Below, in pieces: positions 31,256 to 37,925 of a stretch of DNA of 37,925 nt. Numbering within the stretch: the stretch's first letter is position 1; every line of letters begins with the position of its first letter. A program made the translations under genes and the position numbers. Location: IMG/VR virus record IMGVR_UViG_3300027986_000020, positions 1 through 37,925 of that record; one strand, 5' to 3'. The stretch is from a virus (Duplodnaviria; Caudoviricetes). The notes under the pieces are model-generated. The model was not told where the DNA came from, ran no database searches, and saw nothing but the letters and a program-made list of their open reading frames with translations.

Positions 31256-31740
31256 CACAAAACTTCTCCAAATTTAGAACTTGACATACATCTAACCTGT
31301 ACATAACCGTTTACATCCTGCCAATGTGCTACAGATTTCAATCCGTGTTTCGACACATGCAATTCAATCTTTTCCTTCCAACCAGCATCAGTTGTCACCA
31401 AATCGAAAATTCCTTTTGGGACCGGCATTGGACCTTTCGGTTCACCCTTGACACTGGATGGTCTAAGGGTTGGTTTGAAATTCATCTGTGCGATAATCGC
31501 CGCGACAATCTCACTGTCGATTTCATCCTGAATCGCTTCTGCCAATTCTGGGCTGGTTAACAGCTCCTGTAGATCATCACTGAGCACCGAATCTGGCTCC
31601 TGTGATTCGATTACAGACGTTTCGCGGGGTTGGTCGGTAACGTCGCCTAGGTCTTCACCAGTTTCATCAACAGAGAGCATCACAGGGGCTTCTGGAGACT
31701 TAGGTTTACGGCCACGTTTGCCTTTGATTTCTTCACTCAT
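31255..31740 (-). CDS. inh: Inh-like inhibitor of prohead protease
   Basis: Acidic disordered N-terminal half; C-terminal domain F.PTL...VP..IF..V....GWK...NG.V.VR..SS.F; divergent from uvsW as in T4. Confidence 0.75.
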   Translation of the reverse strand: MSEEIKGKRGRKPKSPEAPVMLSVDETGEDLGDVTDQPRETSVIESQEPDSVLSDDLQELLTSPELAEAIQDEIDSEIVAAIIAQMNFKPTLRPSSVKGEPKGPMPVPKGIFDLVTTDAGWKEKIELHVSKHGLKSVAHWQDVNGYVQVRCMSSSKFGEVL

Positions 31741-31748
31741 TCCTAACT

Positions 31749-31783
31749 CACTAAATAAAGGATATTAACAACCATATTTAGTG
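31749..31783. promoter_or_regulatory. Face-to-face late-promoter variants (cACTAAATA on both strands)
   Basis: CACTAAATA at 31749-57 (+) and TATTTAGTG at 31775-83 (-). Confidence 0.6.
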
Positions 31784-31790
31784 CCTAGAA

Positions 31791-32375
31791 ATGACGAACA
31801 ACAGACTGGTTTACGGGATGGGTGTTTACGACATCGGAAAATACAAATCCAGAATAGATGGTGTGACTACCAAGGAATACAACCTTTGGTGTTCCATGAT
31901 AGGTAGGTGTGTGCCGAATGGCAATTGGCAACTCAAATACCCATCGTATCTCGGGTGTCAATTACACCCAGATTTTATACAATTCCAAAAATTCTCCGAG
32001 TGGTGCCATAAACAAATTGGGTTTGATCAACCAAATTTCCATCTGGATAAGGACATTTTAGCATCTGGTCCTAAAGTATATGGCCCGGACACCTGTTGCT
32101 TCATCCCAGACAAGTTGAATCTGTTGTTAAATCACCAGTCTGATGTAAGAAGTCCATATCCCATTGGTGTGGTGTATGAAGCATCCCGTCGAAAATATAA
32201 AGCTCAGGTTAGTATTAACTGTAAGATGGTTAATTTGGGTCGATTTAACACACCAGAAGAAGCCCATTATAAATACTGTATAGCCAAACTAAACGAGATT
32301 CGCAGACAAGCGATTCAATACAAAGATGTGATAGACCCACGGGTCTACACGGCATTACTAAACTATGAGATTTGA
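31791..32375 (+). CDS. Putative free-standing homing endonuclease (HNH-like plus AP2 domain)
   Basis: Y..WCSM..RC...YPSY.GC...FQ.F.EW...LDKDIL...KVYGPDTCCFIP. The C-terminus is AP2-like: GV.Y...R.KYKAQ.......LGRF.T.EEA. Confidence 0.75.
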   Translation: MTNNRLVYGMGVYDIGKYKSRIDGVTTKEYNLWCSMIGRCVPNGNWQLKYPSYLGCQLHPDFIQFQKFSEWCHKQIGFDQPNFHLDKDILASGPKVYGPDTCCFIPDKLNLLLNHQSDVRSPYPIGVVYEASRRKYKAQVSINCKMVNLGRFNTPEEAHYKYCIAKLNEIRRQAIQYKDVIDPRVYTALLNYEI

Positions 32376-32377
32376 TC

Positions 32378-33850
32378 GTGAGTGATATTATAATCCGAGA
32401 ATACAACCAGTCATTCATTCATGTCTCTGGTGATCCATCAGTTAGATACGATCTAGCGGATAAATTTAAGTTTTTTGTTGAAGGCTCGCAATTCAGCGCC
32501 AAGGTAAAATATGGTATCTGGAACGGATTTATCAACCTGTACAACATAAACACCCAATTGCTCCCAAAAGGGCTGTTCATCGAATTGCTGAAATACTGCA
32601 AACAAGAATCCTATTCGGTCAAATGCGACCCATCTCTGATTCCTCAGAAAGTCGATAAGGCTACATTTGACGAATGGTTGGAAACCAAGAAAATTTATTC
32701 AAAAGGAAACCTGATCAAACCACACTGGTATCAGTATGATTCGGTTCTGCATGCATTGAACAATCAACGCAACCTTTTGAAATTACCAACCTCGGCTGGT
32801 AAGTCCTTGATCATTGCTCTATTAACCCGATGGGAATATGAGAGTGAAGGTCGGGTATTAATTCTGGTCCCAACTGATGTTCTAAGACAGCAGATGAATG
32901 AGGATTTGATTGAATACGGACTATTCAATCAAGATGAAATCCAAGTTCTAGACCCGAAGACCAAGAAGGGTCCGCAACGGAAAGTCGTTATTACCACATG
33001 GCAGACCGCTGCAAAACAGCCTGCTGAATGGATGCAACAGTTCACAATGCTGTTGAACGATGAAGTTCACCTTGCAACCGGCCAATCCCTGCAAACCATC
33101 AATGAAAAATTGACCAATGCAGAATACAAATTAGGGTTGACTGGTACTCTGAAAGACACAAAATGTCATATCATGCAATTGACTGGATTGTTTGGGGAAG
33201 TATTCGCCCCGATCACCACTCGGCAAATGATTGATGAGGGTTCGGCGTCAGCTATATCGGTAAACGGATTTGTCCTGAAGTATTCGGATGCAGATCGTCA
33301 GGCGGTTAAGAAGTCCACATACCAAGAAGAAATTGATTTCATCATCAAACATGAAGGTCGAAACAATTTCATCACCAACTTGGCGACACACTTCAAAGAC
33401 GAAAATACCATTGTTCTATTCAATCGGGTAGAACATGGTAAAGAGTTGTATAAGAAGATTACCAAGAAGTTGGAAGGGTCTGGTAGGAAAGTCTATTTGA
33501 TCTTTGGCGGTACTGCAAAGGATCATCGTACCGAAGCCAAGAAGAACCTAGAGAATGAAACAGGTTCGGTGGTGATTGCATCATATGGGGTTTTCAGTAC
33601 CGGTGTCAGCATCAACAACCTGCACAATGCAATCTTCGCACACCCGACCAAGAGCAAGATCATTTCACTACAGAGCCTAGGTAGGCTTCTGCGGAAACAT
33701 ATTTCTAAAGCCAAAGCAAGAATGTTTGACTTGGTAGACGATCTGTGTTGGAAATCCCATAAAAACTACGCCTACGGTCATGGTGAAGAACGATTGAAGT
33801 TCTACGATGCCGAGGAACATGAACTACATATCAAAGAGGTTAAAGTTTGA
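32378..33850 (+). CDS. uvsW: DNA helicase UvsW
   Basis: PHWYQ, LPTSAGKSLI, NDEVHLATG, GLTGTL, ASYGVFSTGVSI.NLH, LQSLGR.LRKH. Start is GTG 32378 or TTG 32372. Confidence 0.97.
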   Translation: MSDIIIREYNQSFIHVSGDPSVRYDLADKFKFFVEGSQFSAKVKYGIWNGFINLYNINTQLLPKGLFIELLKYCKQESYSVKCDPSLIPQKVDKATFDEWLETKKIYSKGNLIKPHWYQYDSVLHALNNQRNLLKLPTSAGKSLIIALLTRWEYESEGRVLILVPTDVLRQQMNEDLIEYGLFNQDEIQVLDPKTKKGPQRKVVITTWQTAAKQPAEWMQQFTMLLNDEVHLATGQSLQTINEKLTNAEYKLGLTGTLKDTKCHIMQLTGLFGEVFAPITTRQMIDEGSASAISVNGFVLKYSDADRQAVKKSTYQEEIDFIIKHEGRNNFITNLATHFKDENTIVLFNRVEHGKELYKKITKKLEGSGRKVYLIFGGTAKDHRTEAKKNLENETGSVVIASYGVFSTGVSINNLHNAIFAHPTKSKIISLQSLGRLLRKHISKAKARMFDLVDDLCWKSHKNYAYGHGEERLKFYDAEEHELHIKEVKV

Positions 33851-34032
33851 TGGAAACGTTTCTGGAATATGTCGAGGGGCAATGCCCACCCGGCATGGAC
33901 CAATGGGTTGCTTCAAATAAACAAGCATTCGTAGATCAATATGGTATGGATGAATACCAAATCTTTCTAATGAGTGCTGCGTGGTCTTTGTACAAGAAGA
34001 TTTACCGCAACTCAGAAGTCTTTTCGCAATAA
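33850..34032 (+). CDS. Small protein at the UvsW.1 position with a capsid-targeting-like N-terminus
   Basis: TGATG overlap and GAGGT RBS; begins METFLEYVE. Confidence 0.7.
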   Translation: METFLEYVEGQCPPGMDQWVASNKQAFVDQYGMDEYQIFLMSAAWSLYKKIYRNSEVFSQ

Positions 34033-34035
34033 AAC

Positions 34036-34063
34036 AAAAAGGGAGCCAATGGCTCCCTTTTTT
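34036..34063. terminator. Bidirectional terminator
   Basis: AAAAAGGGAGCC-AAT-GGCTCCCTTTTTT between convergent genes. Confidence 0.9.
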
Positions 34064-34064
34064 A

Positions 34065-34319
34065 TTACTTGGATGCTTTGTAGGCATCAAGTCTTTGTTG
34101 TAATTGTGTCAACGGTGTAGGTGGTGTTCGCCAATCGTTACACCAAGCCATTGACGGGTCGATAGCAGGCTCGGGGTTCGCGGCAACCCACTGTTCCCAC
34201 TGTTCTTTGGTTACACCTTTTGATACAACCGTCCACCAACTGCTCTCACACCAGTGATATCGCCAACCATCTGGCATATCCATCATGACCTGATGGACTT
34301 CATCATTCGATAATGTCAT
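34065..34319 (-). CDS. Hypothetical Trp-rich protein
   Basis: The ORF ends at the terminator; ATG 34319 overlaps the end of the upstream gene. Confidence 0.6.
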   Translation of the reverse strand: MTLSNDEVHQVMMDMPDGWRYHWCESSWWTVVSKGVTKEQWEQWVAANPEPAIDPSMAWCNDWRTPPTPLTQLQQRLDAYKASK

Positions 34320-35337
34320 TCCGAAATTCCGCCTCAATCATTTGTTTGATAGTGCCTTCATTGACTCTCAGAACCCATTCATCAAAATCTGGCATTGATG
34401 CAACCAGTTTCCGCATGAACATACCCAAATCCTTACCTTCCAGCCCGGTTAATTCGCGAACGATATCACCGTTGAATTTGGACTTTATCAGCTTTCTTCG
34501 TTCCAGTCTAGCCATCGCAGCATCGAATTCTGTTTTGGCTGCTGGGAAGTATGTCCAGATTGTTTCGTGCCAGATTGACTTATCTTTCGGGAATTCAAAA
34601 TGTTTGTCAACTTCCGGGTGTACCTTCAACCATTCCAGAAATGCGGTATAGGTCGGACGTTTTTTGTCACGAACCCGAGCTGTATGATTTCGGTTGTCTA
34701 GGTCGTAGATCGCAGAATTGAACCAATCTGTATCGACGGTAAACCTGAATATGTCTTCCATTGTATCAAATCCATATTGGTGCACTCGATAGCTGTACCC
34801 TAGGAACTCGATAGCTGTCTTGAAATCTTTGGTCAGGTGGATTGTATCAAATAGATTGTCACCATCCCGTAATGGCATCGACAGGCCGTCATGTCCGAAT
34901 CTAAGACCTAATTTGTGAGCTATTCGCCCAATCAGGTTGCCAAGATCGTTCCAAGAGTAGTATTCGTTTGCAAAGTTGAAATCGTCTTTCTTGGTATAGA
35001 TCAAATCAATCTGCAATAGACCTCCTGAAAATAGAGGAAGACCGAAACTTGTAACAGGCCCATTTGATTTGAATACAACTTTATCAGTATTCATACCGGA
35101 CGCTATAAGCATTGCAATATTAGCATCACCAATTTTATGCAACTCGGTTGGAACTATGATATCAATGTCACCAAAACTTGGCTTATTACGATATGCTCTG
35201 ATTACAGAGGACTTTTCTTCAATACCAGATGATTTGATCATATTATCTAGCACCTCTGACAGTTTTGAAGCAATCCAATGGTATTCTGATGCTTCTACTC
35301 GCTTAGCTCCATATTCCTTTAGTGCATTACCGCCCAT
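34303..35337 (-). CDS. Pol-beta-superfamily nucleotidyltransferase-like protein
   Basis: K.SFGDIDII (GDxD) with a third acid in QIDLI; C-terminal FNGDIV.ELTGLEGKDLG. Confidence 0.7.
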   Translation of the reverse strand: MGGNALKEYGAKRVEASEYHWIASKLSEVLDNMIKSSGIEEKSSVIRAYRNKPSFGDIDIIVPTELHKIGDANIAMLIASGMNTDKVVFKSNGPVTSFGLPLFSGGLLQIDLIYTKKDDFNFANEYYSWNDLGNLIGRIAHKLGLRFGHDGLSMPLRDGDNLFDTIHLTKDFKTAIEFLGYSYRVHQYGFDTMEDIFRFTVDTDWFNSAIYDLDNRNHTARVRDKKRPTYTAFLEWLKVHPEVDKHFEFPKDKSIWHETIWTYFPAAKTEFDAAMARLERRKLIKSKFNGDIVRELTGLEGKDLGMFMRKLVASMPDFDEWVLRVNEGTIKQMIEAEFRNDIIE

Positions 35338-35339
35338 GA

Positions 35340-35768
35340 TTAAACCCCATTTTCAAATTTGAGCATAGCGATCATGTTTTGAATAGCAAATCCACGATCA
35401 CCGAACAACTTGCAAGCTTTTTCATAGAAATCGACTTTGATTTGAATCATTGCGTTGGCTTTTTGCTTATCAATGACCTTAGAATCGCCTTCGACGTTCT
35501 TTGTAACTCCCCCGGCACTCATGTTATAACTATAAATATCGCCGTCTTGAGAACCTGCATAGTAGTTATATCGATTTCGAACTATCGCCAATAATTCCAG
35601 TTCAGCCATCTTGGCCTTGGCTTTCCACGCCGTTAGTCGGTGGTAATAGGTGGCATGTTTGGTAATGTTTGTAGCTGCTTCGGACATCAAATGGCTGGGA
35701 TCGATAATCAGATCCTTATCCAATTGTGCTTGCAATTCCGACATTTTATCAGTTTGTTCGTTACTCAC
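35340..35768 (-). CDS. uvsY: Recombination mediator UvsY
   Basis: LQ..LD.DL.ID...L..EA, YY.G, D.K, RGFAIQNMI...KFE.G. Confidence 0.9.
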   Translation of the reverse strand: MSNEQTDKMSELQAQLDKDLIIDPSHLMSEAATNITKHATYYHRLTAWKAKAKMAELELLAIVRNRYNYYAGSQDGDIYSYNMSAGGVTKNVEGDSKVIDKQKANAMIQIKVDFYEKACKLFGDRGFAIQNMIAMLKFENGV

Positions 35769-35893
35769 TCATCCCTCCACCCTTTCTTATGTTTCTGTTT
35801 ACCGCTTCGCTCGGCTTTCTTTCGGTCAACCATCGTTACCGGACGGTTGAAATCCTCCATGAAAGTTGCTACTGGATTTCTCATGCGTTTCAT
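35765..35893 (-). CDS. Small basic protein, UvsY.-2-like (not in the ORF track)
   Basis: MKRMRNPVATFMEDFNRPVTMVDRKKAERSGKQKHKKGWRDE*, 42 aa. GAGG RBS; GTGA overlap with the uvsY start. Confidence 0.75.
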   Translation of the reverse strand: MKRMRNPVATFMEDFNRPVTMVDRKKAERSGKQKHKKGWRDE

Positions 35894-35910
35894 ATGAAGC
35901 CTCATTAAGT

Positions 35911-35930
35911 ATCCCGGCTTTCACCGGGAT
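35911..35930. promoter_or_regulatory. GC-rich hairpin (GAAA loop on the - strand)
   Basis: ATCCCGG-CTTTCA-CCGGGAT in the intergenic gap. Confidence 0.55.
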
Positions 35931-35948
35931 TTGATTTTATGGTGTATG

Positions 35949-36542
35949 TTATCGCGTAGTTGGCATGTACAATTGAATCAAATTGCTCAATTCCGACCAG
36001 TTGTTTGCAACCAGTGAGTTGGTCACATCAACCCGATGATCAACTTTCAGACGAATCGCCAAGTGTCCGGCGTTTTGAGCTTCCAAAATATGGCTCGGGG
36101 AATCATCAATGAAAATCGTATGATCGAACAGCGAGAGAACCTGAAACTTTGATTTGTTCAATCCAACGCAATGAACATCGCTGAACGCGCCCGGATACCA
36201 GAACTCCAAGTTCTTCTGTCTTAGTTGCTTGGTTACTGGGCTGTCCAGAACAGCGGTGACGCCGATGAAATTGTATTTATGCTTCAGGGTATTGACTGCC
36301 AGCAGAGCATCCTTATATGGACTTAGAAAGCCCATATATTTGGATTCTTGATACTCAGTTGCCAATGCCATTGCGGTTTCTGTATCAACCCCAAACAGTT
36401 CTTCGAAGGTTCGATATTCACCACTTGCATACATTCTGATGGCCTGTTCGGTTGGATACCCTTTCTTTTCCATGAAATATGGAAACCTAGACATCCAATC
36501 CAAAACAACACCATCAATATCACACAAAATAATCGGTTTCAA
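35949..36542 (-). CDS. HAD-superfamily hydrolase, T4 gp30.2-like
   Basis: ILCDIDGVVLDW (DxD), LSPY.DAL..VN.LK..YNFI.VTA, FIDDSP.H. Confidence 0.85.
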   Translation of the reverse strand: MKPIILCDIDGVVLDWMSRFPYFMEKKGYPTEQAIRMYASGEYRTFEELFGVDTETAMALATEYQESKYMGFLSPYKDALLAVNTLKHKYNFIGVTAVLDSPVTKQLRQKNLEFWYPGAFSDVHCVGLNKSKFQVLSLFDHTIFIDDSPSHILEAQNAGHLAIRLKVDHRVDVTNSLVANNWSELSNLIQLYMPTTR

Positions 36543-36940
36543 TGTTTATTCCTGTGAATAGATTCCCGCCACGATTGAATAACCGCCAGACATTGAACCA
36601 ATTCTGTATCAAGTTTTTCCAAGTCGCCTTTGATAGCCTCATCAATTGCTTCTAATACTTCTTCCGCCAGAATATCTGTCCATGAGACAATCCCAGACGT
36701 GGCTTTTCGATCACAGAACCGTTTTGCATCTTCGGCGATTGATACACCCAGTTCAAACACAGTAGCTTGGGTATAGCTCGGATGGTCTTGAACTCCCCAT
36801 TTGGCAACTTGTCGAGCCATTTCTACTTTTGCATCATCAAGGCTAGGGGCTGCCGTGGTAACCACTGTTGGCTCTACCGTAGTTTCGGTAGAACCGGTAA
36901 TGTGGTGCAACTCATCCAATACAAATTCTTTTAAGCTCAT
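36539..36940 (-). CDS. MazG-like NTP pyrophosphohydrolase domain protein
   Basis: E..RQ..KWG.QDH, W.DILAEEV.EA...L..ELVQ..AV...W. Confidence 0.7.
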   Translation of the reverse strand: MSLKEFVLDELHHITGSTETTVEPTVVTTAAPSLDDAKVEMARQVAKWGVQDHPSYTQATVFELGVSIAEDAKRFCDRKATSGIVSWTDILAEEVLEAIDEAIKGDLEKLDTELVQCLAVIQSWRESIHRNKH

Positions 36941-37203
36941 ACTTCAGTCCTGAATTCAATCAATTTTTGGGATTCATCATCACGATACATAAGCTGATTA
37001 CCATCAGCGAATTCAATGATATGAATTGCGGTGATTGGTTGTTGGTCTGGTGTGTGGGCTAATACCCTAAACCACATTTTCGACGCGATGACGTTATTGT
37101 GGGTCAATTTCTGAATCGCCCCATTTAAACTCTTAAACACCAGTTTCACGGTGTACGGTTTTTGTTCTGGTGGTTTCCCGAACAATGTTGACCAAATACT
37201 CAT
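36937..37203 (-). CDS. Hypothetical protein
   Basis: ATGA overlaps at both ends within the - strand operon. Confidence 0.7.
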   Translation of the reverse strand: MSIWSTLFGKPPEQKPYTVKLVFKSLNGAIQKLTHNNVIASKMWFRVLAHTPDQQPITAIHIIEFADGNQLMYRDDESQKLIEFRTEV

Positions 37204-37925
37204 AATGATACCTTTGATTTGCTTTCTTGGAGTTCTTCCAAGGTGTTCGCGACTGTTTTATCATCACGGATTTTCACGAATTGTGGTAGAAACAGACTGG
37301 AAACTTCGGCACCACGACGCTTTACGATACCGTTGTATTCAACTTCTACGATCATTCCATCCAATACAATCTGTTCACGATTGATCCAGAACCATTCGCG
37401 TTCTTTGTCTGACATACCAGACGCATCAACTTCTACAAGTCTACACGCGGTGGTACAGGTCAATGTACCGGCAATTTCAGAGTACTTCTTGCCGTCTTTA
37501 CCCGGTTTCACACCGATAACCAGAAGGTCGGCGGACATTACTTGTTTGAACTTAACCTGATCTTTGGATCTGGTGTTAGTCCACAACCCTTTCATGTTCT
37601 TGAGGATGATACCTTCAAGATCCAGTGCGATATATTTGGAATAGATCGCTGTAGCTTCATCCAAGTTTCTAACGATATGAGTTTCGATAACAGATGTGAA
37701 CACGGTATGATTCAGTTCATTCAACTGAGCCAATCGAGTCTGATAATCATTCTTGGATTTACCAGCTTGCCATTGGTCATATGGAATCAAATCCCATAGA
37801 ACAAAATGCAACCCTGCTTCTTCAGCAGCGGAAATCGTACCTTTAACAGCTTTGTTATAGATTCCGTTACCGGTCGAACGATCTGCAATACCTTCGGTTG
37901 TGGTATGAGGTTCCCCAAGAGCCAT
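37200..37925 (-). CDS. gp30: ATP-dependent DNA ligase gp30, C-terminal part (continues beyond the window)
   Basis: R..GNGI.NK, WD.IP, EGIILKN...LW...RSK.Q.KFK, SLFLP.F..IR.DK..AN. Confidence 0.95.
   Translation of the reverse strand: MALGEPHTTTEGIADRSTGNGIYNKAVKGTISAAEEAGLHFVLWDLIPYDQWQAGKSKNDYQTRLAQLNELNHTVFTSVIETHIVRNLDEATAIYSKYIALDLEGIILKNMKGLWTNTRSKDQVKFKQVMSADLLVIGVKPGKDGKKYSEIAGTLTCTTACRLVEVDASGMSDKEREWFWINREQIVLDGMIVEVEYNGIVKRRGAEVSSLFLPQFVKIRDDKTVANTLEELQESKSKVSL

Overview
This is a 37.9-kb segment of a T4-like (Straboviridae/Tevenvirinae-type) myophage genome covering most of the late virion morphogenesis region. On the + strand it runs: 5'-truncated tail fibre and accessory genes, gp25, baseplate gp6-gp11, a very short gp12, a three-gene insert containing a 2OG-Fe(II) dioxygenase where T4 has fibritin, neck gp13-15, terminase gp16/17, two membrane genes, sheath gp18, tube gp19, portal gp20, core/protease/scaffold (gp67/68-position, gp21, gp22) and major capsid gp23. 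After this come a stand-alone Inh/Hoc-type domain gene, a sigma70-driven accessory cassette, a Tad2-like gene with inh (- strand), an HNH/AP2 endonuclease with uvsW, and a - strand block (ligase gp30, MazG-like, HAD 30.2-like, uvsY.-2-like, uvsY, nucleotidyltransferase). T4 late promoters (TATAAATA) and intrinsic terminators punctuate the region. The tail fibre C-terminus and assembly genes suggest a Pseudomonas-like host (inference). gp7 and gp13 are interrupted in ways that look like homopolymer sequencing errors. The best candidate for an undescribed system is the translationally coupled cassette of mini-gp12, unknown protein, active dioxygenase and dioxygenase-like pseudoenzyme (13282-15357). 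All homology calls come from recalled motifs and synteny, not from database searches.
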